Source: Macrostomum lignano
Lineage: Eukaryota
Direction of reading: 5' to 3'
DNA: 64,000 bases
Assembly: GCA_002269645.1 (NCBI GenBank)
Contig: NIVC01000905.1
Coordinates: 310,162-374,161, forward strand
The first letter of the stretch is position 1. Each line of letters begins with the position of its first letter. The translations under genes and the position numbers were made by a program. The notes below the pieces were generated by a model. It had not been told where the DNA came from. It saw only the letters and a list, made by a program, of their open reading frames with translations, and ran no database searches. This document shows positions 1 to 12,347 of this stretch, piece after piece.

Positions 1-2640
1 GAAAAATCAGGCCCGATGCTGTCCATCGATTCCAAGCGAAGGTACGGCGGTTCTTGCGCCAAAGGATTCTGAGTCCTTGGGGGTTGCCTGGAAAGGGTTG
101 CGAGACGGAGAGTTACGGCGAGTGTCTGCTAGTTTACAGCTAGGAGCTTAATACTTATAATAATGACTTATAATACTTATAATAATACTTAATACTTAGA
201 TTCATCTAAGAGCGTATTGCATGTAGAAGTCGTACAGAAGCGTACCGTGGCCTCAATGCCGCCCGTTTAGACAAGCTTTAGACAAGCTTGTTTAGACAAT
301 TAAGTCATATTAAAGCTACCCAATGTTGGCTTAGTCTTCATCATTTATTAATTTATCACTTAACCAATTGTCCAATTGATCCCACAACTAGGGAAACGCT
401 GTGAGAGAATATGTCGACTGAACTGCATTTTCTTGTGAGATATTTGACGTAAACTGCTGTACATGGCAAAAGTTTTATTACCGACTAAAAAACTGACCAG
501 TGGCTAAGAAGGCACACGCTGGCATATCCACCAGTCACAGCTGAGACAGGTCAGGACATTAGATAGTCAAGACATGGAGACATGGTCTGACAGGTTTATC
601 ACCCAGGTGTATGAGACATCTACATCTACCCACTCAATGGATCTATTGGAGCGTCTGAAGTGATAAGGAGTTTCTACTCGTACTGCTATAGTTCACAACT
701 CAAGCCATTCATTCCCGAAGCCGCAACTTCTTTATTCACGGGAAACTGTCACTAGTTCCTTGTTCGTTTGAGTGTTTTTCCGCTTTACTTTTAGTGAGTC
801 ACGAATTCTATATCTATTAAGAATGAGCAGGTCCTCTGGTATGCTGCCATGTATAATTCTTCTGCCAGAGTTTCATTCTCTTTCCAGTCCAACTCCCCAA
901 ATTTTCCTGCTCTTAATGTACATTGGGTTTAGGGTTCTGCAACTTCTGCAGAATGGAACGGCAGAGAACAATGTACTAGGAGCGTAGGAGAGAAAAACTC
1001 GCGGCAAAGCCCGATCTATCCACCCCAAAGCCCTAAAATGATAGAAGCAGGAACGATTTGACCAGCAGCAGAAGACGCGACGCACCGTAGATGACGGCAC
1101 CGAGAAGGCACGATTCGTCAGACTACCTGAGCGCTGCGAGGCCGCACTCGCCCCAGTCGGCGGGAGATTCATCGCAGTCGTCTTTGTCGGGTCAGCAGCC
1201 GCTGGAGCAGCATGGCGGCAGGTTGCCGCATCAGGTTCGGAGCACCAGCGGCAGCTGCCTCAGCCTGCGCAGCAACCGGAGGACGCCGGGCTTTGGACTG
1301 TCTTCGCTGAACCTCCCGGAGAACGCAGCGCCAGAGGCCTTTTCGCCTCTGGGACGAAGTCACGAAGAATCCCATTGGGTTTCAGGTAGACTGGAGAGCA
1401 GACATGGTTCTTCCATGGTCAGTAATGATTATCTGGATTCTGGTCTGGTGCGTGAGAAAGCAGGTGAGTCAGATGATTTTTCTCGTTTGGGATCTTTGCG
1501 AGGATTATGCAATTAAAATGAGCTACCTGGGAATGCACCTGGGAATGCAATGAATTGGAGCTGGTAGTGAAGATCTTCAAGTCGACAGCCTCGAGTATTC
1601 ACCGGATGCCGTCTCGATGCTCAGATCCTAGCAAAGTCAACTGGTAAAAAATCACCTAGTCAAAGTTACAAGCGACATGGTAAGCACCGTCAGCGCTACA
1701 GTTCCTTACTACCAAGACTTTCTTAGTAATCAAGGAACAATCACTTCTAGCTACGGTTAGGCAACCCAGTAATCAAATGAAGGTATCTATTACCTTGAGT
1801 CCGGATTAGTCATCGATATCTCGTCGTCAGGATATCCTCAGTAGATCAGTAGATCAGACGCCTTGCTTCCGAGATTCTGGTTCAAGTCCTTTGTACGTCT
1901 TCGAGATTGTTCCGGTCGGTATCTGTCGTGTGGACCAATAGGAAGCTTCAAATCAACAATGGGATCCCTGCGCCGCGCTGCGGTTTCAATAAGCCTTCTC
2001 CTTCTAGCGGTGTCTTAGTGCACCCTAGGTATAGCTCCGGTATTCACTGATAGTCTTCTGATGGCTATCAGGGTAGTCCTTCTGGAGACTACAACCAATG
2101 GAGTCTCAATTGACTCAACAACAACTATAATGAGTCGACTCAAACACCTGGCGCAAATGAGCAAGGCTTACCGCAAATAACTCAGCCGAGTCCTGGTTGT
2201 CTTGGTCTGAAGGAAGTCCTTCTAAGGCTTCCTCTTCGGAGCTCTTCTTCCTTCTGGAAGGCAAAATCTTTAGGCTCCGGTCCGCTCCGGACCACTTGTA
2301 TTTATGGAGAATCGGACCCCTCGCGAGGTCGTTGGGTACATTTTCTTAAATGTCAATGGGTCATGCTTTGGTTGCTGTCAGGCTTGACAGGATAGAAAGT
2401 TAAGCAACTAGTCTACTGCAAACGCACATGATTGGTTACCGTAGCTGGGTTATTTTTTATTGGTTCATTCGGTGCTGACCGAATGATGAATCGCTGATGG
2501 GGTCTGAACTGACAATTGTAGGTCACGCATGATTGGTCGGTTGATAAAAATAACATGTTTTGACTTTACTCTCTAGTGATTGGTTGACTAAAATATACTT
2601 GTGATTCAGTACTTAATTTTATACATGCTACTTATTTTAC
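1..2640 (-). mobile_element. Possible decayed LTR/retroelement-like segment
   Basis: GC-richer than its flanks with no long ORF. A cluster of ATTGG (minus-strand CCAAT) boxes lies at about 2430-2585 and a minus-strand CATAAATA at about 2300. No pol motifs were recognised. Confidence 0.25.
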
Positions 2641-3574
2641 CACTGAATAAAAATGTATAAGTAGTATGCTAACAATTTGCATAACTTTTCTGGGAGGTAT
2701 AACACTCTACAACGGCTATTGGTTCAACTCCAGCGTCTCCTTGTGCATCGAAGGTTTCCAACTCGACAAATCCGTCAAACTTAAGGCCGACTGCAAACAT
2801 TTGCTATCGGCTTGTCAGCAGCGGTGCAGACAGCTGCACTTGCTGGTGCCAGTGACGCTAATGCTACTAAGGAATCAACTGTTTGACTGTTTGAAGGTTC
2901 TAGCCAAAATCGCTTGAACAGCAGTTCCAGATCTACAGAATCTCTAGCACCCAGTTCCGAGACTGATTCCAGATTACCGAATCGTACTATGACCCAGATT
3001 TTCTATCAGGAGACCGTTTATCTAGCGCCTTTTCTATGCATGTAATCATCGCAAAACTTGTATATTTCATTCGTATCGTTGATTGTAGAGCCTTTAAGAT
3101 CGACTTTGAGAATGTCACGGCACGGCACGGCACGGCACATCATCCGAGCCGAGCTAGTCCTACTAGCAGCCAGTGCAGGCGGTGCGGCCTGCGTTCGCAC
3201 CCAGGCCTTAAAACGCGCCACATGTGACGTTGTCTTTGCCTCTCATAAACACGCGAGACTGACAACGCGGTTGCTCGTATTTCGTTTGTTGTTTTGTTGT
3301 TGTATTAAGCTGTTTCGTGCAAATAAGTTGGCACCTAGAACTACATTACAATGCCACAACCTCACTTTCTACATCTTTCTCATGTTTCGATCTATGCCCA
3401 TATGCATAATATCCGTTCCTGACTGTTTTAGTAAGCTCTGCTTGATGATGCCTTGATGCTGTATGGTTGATTTTCCCACAATTCCCAATTTTCCCGAACA
3501 ACCATTTGCATGAACTTCAATAAACAGCTTTTATTCAGGTTTTTTCGGACATTGAAACTCCGATTGATGATTGC

Positions 3575-3850
3575 GGGGGTTGCAGCCTAGAGGTTAGAGC
3601 GTCGACTCACGACTTGAAGGTCGGGGGTTCGATTCTCGACCAACTTGAAACAATTTGTGTCCTGGAGCAAGACAACTAACTCTTCAATGCTTCAGTTCAC
3701 CCATCTGTAAAATGGGTGCCAGCATTAGCTGGGGTAATTGAGGCTGTGTGGCGACCGCCAGTCCTTGGACTGAACAGCCGTACGCAGCAATAGCTGCGGC
3801 TGAGCTGTCGGTTGCACATCTGCTCAATTGGGGCAGTTGTAATCAATTAT
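3575..3850 (+). mobile_element. tRNA-derived SINE, family A
   Basis: A-box-like CCTAGAGGTTAGAGC and B-box GGTTCGATTC, then a conserved body (GAGCAAGACA...TGCTTCAGTTCACCCA.CTGTAAAATGGGTGCCAGC) shared with copies near 7.4, 51.2 and 51.4 kb. Confidence 0.8.
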
Positions 3851-4696
3851 TATTATTTCGGAGATTATTAGTCGAGCTGAACTTAAAGAAACTAAAAAAG
3901 ATAAAAGCAACGAAGAAATATATTTTGAAAGATTTTTGGAGAACTGCCAGTCCGCTCCACCAGCTCACGAATGCTGTCTTCCAAACACTTGATGAAGGTA
4001 CAAATGCAGACAGTCAGAATGGCTACTGGAGAGAATCGGGAATGAATCGAGAGCCTTTTGATAAAGGATCTACACGTAACTTATTTTCATTGCATATTAC
4101 AAGAAGGGATTGAGTAGCTCTACTTGAGAATGGATTGGCTCTCAGGTGTGTGAAAGGAATCGAACCAGTGGTCGTGACCCGACACACTTTACCTTTTTAT
4201 TGTAATTTAAAAAAGATAAAGCTATAGTTTTGTTAAAACGTACTTAAAGTTTTCAGCGTAGAGAATTTTTTATTTGTTTCAAGCATTACGCTCGTAATAG
4301 AGGGATAATTGTAGCATTTTTTTCAGGTTAAAACTTTTCCAGATAGCTGAGTTGTATGCTTACGCTGGATAAAATAAAAACATTGTGAGATCAATTCTCG
4401 GTGAGTCTTACTCAAAGTAGAATTGTGAGAATGTTTCTCAGAATTCGAGAATTAATAATTAAATTTACAGAGACTCGAAATTCAACTTAAAAAATTGAAT
4501 GGCGTTACTTGACCGTATAACTTATCGAACAGTACAACAAAAATTGAAAGAATAACAATTGAAAGTAAATTGAAAGTAAAAAAGTAGATCGCCTCTCATC
4601 ATAAATAGCCTTTTTTCATTGATTACTGGGTGAACCAACCGTAGGCTCCCTGAACCATTGTCACTGACAACCAAACCACACCTGCTACAGTCGAAG

Positions 4697-5451
4697 TCAA
4701 GGCACTGATCCAGCCGCCAGTTGCAGGTTTGCAGTGTCTGAAAATGTTATTCAGTACCTATCTATATATAGCTGCGTATTGAGCTCTCAGCTAACCAACA
4801 GTAACCGACTTACTCAGAATTTGGATGACGGCAGCAGCCGGTCGATTGAGGGCGTGAAGTTCGTCTGAAAGACACAGCATGAAGATCTCCTCATATCAGA
4901 TATTGAAGTAAGTTTGCAGTGAGGAATTCAGGATGAATTAGAGGAACCAGAGGGATGCAATCGGTATGCTGAATGACAGGTTCGACTGATACTGAGAGAT
5001 TCAGAGTGGTTAATGGAGAGTCGGGGTGGCTACTGGAGAGTCGGAGTGGCTACTGGAGAGTCGGAGTGGCTACTGGAGAGTCGGGGTGGCTACTGGAGAG
5101 TCGGGGTGGCTACTGGAGAGTCGGGGTGGCTACTGGAGAGTCGGAGTGGCTACTGCCTACTGGAGAGTCGGGGTGGCTACTGGAGAGTCGGGGTGGCTAC
5201 TGGAGAGTCAGAGTGCTAGGCGGTCAGAATGGCTATTGAAGAATTACAATGGCCTAACACCTGAAAAAATATAGAATACTTTTTAGGGATGCTTCATTGG
5301 TAATGATAATATTTTCGAGACTTACAGCCTTTGGCAATCAGAGCAGTTCTGCACTTGGCAACACTCCATGATGGATGGAAATGGTCCATGAACCTCTCGT
5401 GAGAGTTAGTTGTCAAAGGTAAAAATTCGATTTTGTTGCACTGTACAGGTA
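4697..5451 (-). CDS. Putative 3' exons of an unknown gene
   Basis: Exons 5451-5326, 4864-4814 and 4737-4697 have GT(AAGT)/AG sites in matching phase 1 and read PVQCNKIEF...IAKG-Y-ELHALNRPAAAVIQIL-N-TANLQLAAGSVP*. Upstream exons are unresolved and no homology was recognised. Confidence 0.35.
5015..5210. repeat. 20-bp minisatellite (ACTGGAGAGTCGGGGTGGCT)n
   Basis: About 9 tandem copies seen directly. Confidence 0.95.
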
Positions 5452-5799
5452 CTGAATTTGCTGTACAACAATAAATATTGCCTTTGATGGACCCCATACG
5501 GTAGTACCTCAGCGTTATGTTGTCGAGTCCTATTTTTACTAGATCGTCTTCATTCGATGCTCATCATTTTGCAGCAATGCAAACCGAGTGAGTTGGCTGC
5601 CATGAATAACCGACACGTAACCGACGGCCAATTTGCTTCTTCTCCATCAAAGCAATGAGTACTTCGAGTGTATTCTGTGAAAATCTTTATTTAGAGCACA
5701 CGTTTTGTTAAATTATAACTTGATCAACAAGGTCGTGGAAATAGAATGAATCTTGAATAGTCTTGAGTCTTGAGTAGCGCTCTCCTGCTTATAGGACAG

Positions 5800-6360
5800 T
5801 CAAACTGACACTGTGAGAGTCACACTGACACTGGGAGAGTCACACTGACACTGGGAGAGTCACACTGACACTGGGAGAGTCACACTGACACTGGGAGAGT
5901 CACACTGACACTGGGAGAGTCACACTGACACTGGCAGAGTCACACTGGCACTGGGAGAGTCACACTGGCACTGGGAGAGTCTCACTGACACTGGTAGAGT
6001 CTCACTACTGACACTGTGAGAGTCACAATGACACTGTGAGAGTCACACTAACACTGTGAGAGTCACACTACTGACACTGTGAGAGTCACACTAACACTGA
6101 GAGAGTCACACTGACACTGGGAGAGTCACACTGACACTGAGAGAGTCACACTGACACTGGGAGAATCTCACTGACACTGAGAGAGTCACACTGACACTGG
6201 TAGAGTCTCACTGACACTGGGAGAGTCACACTGACACTGGGAGAGTCACACTGACACTGGGAGAATCTCACTGACACTGGGAGAGTCACACTGACACTGG
6301 GAGAATCTCACTGACACTGGGAGAGTCACACTGACACTGGTAGAGTCACACTACTGACAC
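5800..6360. repeat. 20-bp minisatellite (ACTGGGAGAGTCACACTGAC)n
   Basis: About 27 degenerate tandem copies. Confidence 0.95.
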
Positions 6361-7120
6361 CTCATGAAAACACTCATGAAAACACCTCATGAAAATGCAG
6401 TTGAGCTACATTGTAGAACGGTAAATGTATGCGATAGTTACAGGTACACATAGCCCCTACAAGGCAGTACCTTACTTTTTGCTGGTGGAATCTAACTTGT
6501 AAATGCCAGATTCATCATCTTGCAGCAATACAAACTAGTGAGCCGACTAAATTGCTTATTTTGGTCATTCGAGCTCGCAATTATGCACTTGTATGGTTGC
6601 CACATTTATGCGACATTTCAATTTGGTCTATTGCAGCTTTAGTCTGATCTTAATTTATAACTGACGTCTTCTCAAATTTTCGACAAACGAAGCTCTTGGA
6701 AAAGAGGAAATACATTGAAAGGCATTGGATAGATCATAAATCCATCAGTTTTACTGAGATTCTGATTAGGAGTAGGTAATAACATCCATGTATTTTAAGA
6801 ATCTGATACCAAATTAAAAATGATCGGCCCCCTAGAGCAGTAGAAAGTTTACTCAGGCTAAATCACAGAAACAATGAAAAATAGTTCACGAACATATATG
6901 TCAGGTTTCTATTAAATGAATTTTTATTGTTTTAAAGATAAAATAATTGAAGATTGTTTTAGCACCTAAGGCACTTTTAAGCTAAATAGAATATTACCGC
7001 AGACTCTTTTAGATGGTGTTTTCAGTAGAACTGAAAAACTGAATTACAGGGTTGAAAAAAACCGTTTAATGTTGATTGGGAAACAAAGTGTTACTTTGCT
7101 TTCGAGAAAGTGAGTTATTA

Positions 7121-8375
7121 TTATTTTTTCTCTGATTTTGAAACACCGAAAAGAACAGCTGCTCCAGCTGCTATAAGAACGCCGGAAATAATCTCAAACG
7201 TAGTAGAGTTGGATTCTTGGCCACTGCAGCCTCTGAAAAAATATCGGAACAGACGAGATCCTTTGGGGAAACATACTCGTGTAGAAACGCTCTTGACCTT
7301 TCTTAGAACTTTATTCGTAATTAATGCACTCTATTAAAACAGATCAGATAAAATAGGGGTTGCACGAGGTACATGCAGCCTAGTGGTTAGAACGTCAGAC
7401 TTACGACTGAAAGATCGGGGGTTCGATTCTCGACACCACTCAGAACAATTTATGTCCTTGAGCAAGACACTTAACTCTGCATTCTTGGACTGAACAGCAG
7501 TAAGCAGCCTCTATATCTGAATCGTCTATGGGCAGAATAGCTTCGGCTGAGCTATTATTTGCCCATCTGCTCATAAAGACAGGTGCATATTCAATTATTA
7601 TTATCATTAATTACTAAAACAAATGATCGACTTACCCGTCGGTTGGGTGGCGGCAGCACACATTAGTATAGAGTCTTCTTCTGTCAGAAAAGAAAAAAAA
7701 AATTTTTATTAAATAACAAGTCAAAATATCCTCAATAAAGCGGGAAGGAAGTCGATTGGTAAGTTAATTGGTAAGTCGATTGGTAAGTATCATGCTTTGG
7801 CCCTAATTCAGATAGCGGATATCAGTATGTAACAAGCTGTAGCTACCACAGATACTTGAACACTAGATGGGTCACCTAATGCAAATTCGCTCGATGTCTG
7901 AATAGACTACTCTCTTCTGGGCAAGACTATCGATTTTTGTGCTTCCACGTCAGTGCTATAGTTTAAGCCATAGACAAAAGTTTCAAGCATCGAAATCAAG
8001 CTAACTAGTAAAGGGGTTCATCATGGCTTTCCTTTTAGATTGAAAAATTGATTGAAATTGGTTGATTGATTGATTGATTAAAAAATGAGGCACTGAAATG
8101 TCAACTTTTTTGTCTACATCATAATCTAAATATAAAATAATAAAAATACCCAGTGCCTGCAGCAGCACCTTCCTTCGCTCCAAGCAATCCTATAAACAAA
8201 TTGCGTTAAAATTTATTCACTATGACTATACTGAGACTGAATAAAATTATTAACTTCCGTACTTACCAAAAATGAAGGCAGCACAGATCTCATCCATTCT
8301 ACCTACGTGATTTTAAAAGCATGTATTCTGTCCACCTGCCCCTACTCGTACCTTACACCAAAACTTGCTTTTCAT
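7121..8375 (-). CDS. Small 5-exon Cys-motif/hydrophobic-tail protein, 83 aa
   Basis: Exons 8375-8357, 8302-8267, 8189-8150, 7680-7636 and 7232-7121 are all GT-AG and join in one open frame: MKSKFWCRMDEICAAFIFGLLGAKEGAAAGTGRRLYTNVCCRHPTDGGCSGQESNSTTFEIISGVLIAAGAAVLFGVSKSEKK*. Confidence 0.55.
7366..7610 (+). mobile_element. tRNA-derived SINE, family A (in an intron of the 83-aa gene)
   Basis: CCTAGTGGTTAGAACG A box, GGTTCGATTC B box and GTCCTTGAGCAAGACACTTAACTCT body. Confidence 0.8.
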
Positions 8376-8704
8376 CTGTGCAAACTACAGCCTATGAGTG
8401 TAAAAAACGATTAAGAAATCAATTCAAATCAGAGAACGAGTAATGCCTACTATCAATAGTTTGTCCGTTGGTTGGTTATCAAGCACTGAAATTTGATGAC
8501 AATAAAAGTTTAATTGTAGCAAGGATACCCCCAAGAATCTTAACCAAATGCTGCTAACTTTAACTACCACTGAATCATCTTGTAGAAAGTGCTTTACGAT
8601 TCAACAATGCTTTAGCGTACCTCTCATACTAAATAGTATACCCTCGTATTTTACCACAAATTGGTATTTCTACAGAGTTAAACATTGAGTATTGCTGCTA
8701 ATGA

Positions 8705-10841
8705 TGTAACCACGCTCTGGTCGCGGGATAGGGCAGGGGAACTTTTTCGAAAGTGCCGCCTATCGCCATGCACCCCCTGCACAGAGCTGTTGAGACTCGG
8801 CCAGGTCTCCGACCAGGCCTGGAGACCCCCGCTCTGCTGCACCCCCCTACTGCCTTGGCTCCGTCTCCCCTGCCGCCACACTTGCCTTTCCGGAGCTCCC
8901 CCTCCCTCTTTGTACTTCCCCCTCTACCCTATCTGCTCTGCGCTCCGCCCTATTCTTCATGCAATTTTCCTGTCTCCCCTCTTTTTGCCCCTTTTCGCAC
9001 TATTTTCCTGCGCTGTCCCCCCTTTCTCTGCGTCTACTTCCAGTATTTTGTGCGCTCACCGTGTCCCCATCCCTTCTCAAACTCCCAAACGGTGACGCAA
9101 GTCGTGTGACCCCTTCTTCCCCTCGATGACTCATCGATGACTCATCCCCTTCTCTTGCGCAACCTTTTCTCATACTATTGTTCTCCTCCCCAAATTTCTC
9201 ATGCGACACCCACCCCACCTCCGCTTCTATTGTTCTCGTTTTTGATTCTTTTGTTCTCTTTATCCCTACCAATTATCACATGTTCTCCGATTTTCTCTTT
9301 CTATTGTTCTCGTTTTCGCACCTAATTATCACCTTTTCTCCAATGTTTGCTTTTCTATTGTTCTCGATTCTCCCCCAATTATCCCTGATTTCCAATTCCT
9401 TTGTTCTCGACCCCCGCCCCATTGTTCTCAATGTTTGCTTGCGCAACACTTTCGCGACCACCCGCTGCGCCAATTATCCCCCCACCCCACCTCCGGATTG
9501 CGCAATTTCCCGATTTCTCATGTTGCTAGGCCGTTCTCATGCTTCTAATCATGACTCATTCTGACGTCATTCTGCCGGCATCCAATCAGAGAGAGGGAGT
9601 CATGGAAACGGCCTTGGAGCGGCGGCTGGGAAGGCTATATAAGGAAGCGGTTTTCGGCATGAGAATCCTCAACTTTCGCGTTTTCTCAAGCGTCCTATTG
9701 TGGACTTGCTGTCAGACGTTGCTCTGACCTAGTTATCTTCAGCTCCCCAAGTGAGCTCATCTGCCGGCCCGCGGTCTGTTACCGCTAATCATCATCAGCA
9801 ACGCCTGATCTACACCAGCGCCTCGCCGCTTCAGCGCATCGCCGCTTCATCGTCTGCCTAACTGCAGCCTACAGCCGCCCTCGGCCACTCCGTCGCTCTC
9901 TCTCTTTGTGCAGCTGCCGGTAAGTTCCTGTTACTAATTTGTGCTCTCATTGCCTTGCTTATCCGGGGTTTGCCTATTTTCCATTGCTTGATTAGAGAGC
10001 TGAGCCGATTGTGATACCGTATCTTTTGCTGTACTTTATTCAATAGTGAAGCCGCGTAATTGCCTAATTATTTGCCTAAGGGCCTAATTATTAACTATTA
10101 ACTAACCTCATCATTATTCACTCTTTCACCATCATTTCACTCATGGCTTGCTGAAGCCTTTCTCCCTGGGTGGCAAAGCATAAGGAAGTTTGGGTAAGCT
10201 AACGGCTGTGTGCGCGTGCTGCGGGCCGAGTATGCGTGCAGTAGAGGGGATTAGCGAGTCTTGGCACAGAATGGCAGTAGGAAGGTTGCAACCCCATGCT
10301 GACGCGTCCCTTCGCTCTGAGCAATCTAAACTATAGACAGTACATGTTCATCTCACTCTACTCTTAGTAATTAAAGCCGCAAGTCAGCCTCGCTCACAGC
10401 CACAAAGGATCCCCTGCTGAGAAATCCTCCAGATTGAGCCCAGAGTTCCCGATCATGCTCCAAGCAGAGGCCCTGTACTCGGCTGCATGTGTCTCCCCTG
10501 TTAGCCTAAATCCCCTGGTAACCAATCCAGGCAGGGCTCTAGCCTCGAGAGGTCTGGTAATAAGATCTAGGTGCGCCAGGTCACATAGAGTGGTGGCAGC
10601 CACTCGGTCATGCTGTGACCGAGTGACCAACTATTGCACCTTGGCTACAGGTGGGGTCCATGTGGGTCCTTGGCCCTCTGGTCACGAAAGCGCTACCGAA
10701 ACTATCAATCATGTGGGCGGGACAGTCTGGTGCTGGAGGTCCGTCAGGTCATTGCCCGGTCGTAGGCAGCCTACGGTCATTGCCCTTTCTGGTCATGCGT
10801 TCGTTTCTCAACGGAGCGGACGGGCGACAAGGGCGGTTACA
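8705..10841 (+). mobile_element. Solo-LTR-like element (about 2.1 kb)
   Basis: Ends are TGTAACC...GGTTACA. Internally there is CCAATCAG at about 9581, TATATAAG at about 9636 and ATTAAA at about 10369. There is no coding capacity and no direct TSD was found. Confidence 0.55.
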
Positions 10842-11511
10842 TCAATAGCTGGAATGAAGTTTTTGGTGCGTCATATAAAACATTATTTATTTAAACGGAC
10901 AATTAAAAATAACAAATTTAATCAAAAGCGGGATTTGGGTAATCTTTTTGAAAAAAACGGCGTAGTTAGCTAACTAATGTACGAACCGAGTTCCACTAGG
11001 GCTTGTACGCAGCGAAATTAAAAACGGTAAATCTATATGCGAGCGTACACAAGTAGAATCCAACGCCTTTAAACTGGAGATATTTTCCAGTCTATAGTGG
11101 TCAGTTACTTTGTAGTTCATGGAGCTTATTTCGCATAGTAACTAGGACTACAATGCATAGACCTGACTGGATCTTGATTTATTTTACATTTATTTTCTGC
11201 AGATTAAAGTACACAGATTACAGCTTCGAAGTTTCAAATCAGGCCGAGAGAACAAGTATCTTTGTCTGTTTGTAAAACAGACAGCTATTTGAAATAATTT
11301 TATCTCATAGGAGTAACAGTTTTTGGGAAGACGATGTTCACACTTTTTAATCGATATATCGAATTGTCAGCTTAACAGATATTATTATACGAGCTATAAA
11401 TGTCCATAAAACATGATTTAAATTAAATATAGGCCCAAAAATAGCAATTTATTTTGATGTTCTGCACATAATAAATTCACATTCTGTGCATGTAATTAGA
11501 CTTACGAACTT

Positions 11512-11685
11512 TCAAATTGACGTCACAGCTTTCTTGACGTCTAGTGCGACAACCGACAGCGCAGCTGCTGCTGCAGCAACCGCAAGAAACAGATGAACTC
11601 TCGAGCTTCCCCAATGTACGCAGCAGCAAAATCCATCTCTCTGGGCCGCTCTGAGTAGTGCACAGATAAAATTGACTGCCTGACT

Positions 11686-11716
<31 letters not shown>

Positions 11717-11725
11717 AGACTGACT

Positions 11726-11756
<31 letters not shown>

Positions 11757-11789
11757 AGACTGACTGACTGACTGACTGACTGCCTGACT

Positions 11790-11829
<40 letters not shown>

Positions 11830-12347
11830 AACTGACTGACTGACTGACTGACTGACTGACTGACTGACTGACTGACTGACTGACTTGAGTGAGTGGGTGA
11901 CTGACTGACTGACTGACTTGAGTGTGTGGGTGACAAGACTGACTGACTGACTTGAGTGAGTGGGTGACTGACTGACTGACTGACTGATTGACTGACTGAC
12001 TGACTGACTGACTGACTGACTGACTGACTGACTGACTGACTGACTGACTGACTGAATTGAGTCAGTGAGTGAGTGAGTGACTGACTGACTGACTGACTGA
12101 ATTGAGTGAGTGAGTGACTGACTGAAGCATTGCTGCTGAAGTGCTTGCAACACTTGCAAGTCAGTCTCCATTTTTGTCACTGAACTTTACCTTACTAAAA
12201 GTTAGCAGGAAATCTCTAGGCGCTAAATAGTACCTAAAATTACATGGTGATTCATGTTAAATTAATTTCAGCTGCTGGCTAAAGGACTTACTTGCATTTG
12301 CCACATGGAAAAATTATCCAGGATTTACGTCTGCAGCAGTCCACCAT
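11512..12347 (-). CDS. Small Cys-rich/hydrophobic-tail protein (64 aa), paralogue of the 7-8 kb gene; possibly a pseudogene
   Basis: Exon 12347-12292 (GTAAGT donor) plus exon 11650-11512 reads MVDCCRRKSWIIFPCGKCKAAQRDGFCCCVHWGSSRVHLFLAVAAAAAALSVVALDVKKAVTSI*. Sequence at 12619-12960 aligns by eye with 8255-8435. Confidence 0.4.
11675..12125. repeat. (GACT)n microsatellite
   Basis: Seen directly, inside the intron of the 64-aa model. Confidence 0.97.

Noticed and set aside
1550-2390. A long plus-strand frame if TAA/TAG were read as Gln (alternative genetic code)
   Set aside because: TGA stops also interrupt it, and conserved genes in the window use the standard code.
3575-3660. tRNA genes at SINE heads (also 7375, 35875, 51390, 63620)
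   Set aside because: A and B boxes are present, but the acceptor stems do not close and the sequence runs on into shared SINE bodies.
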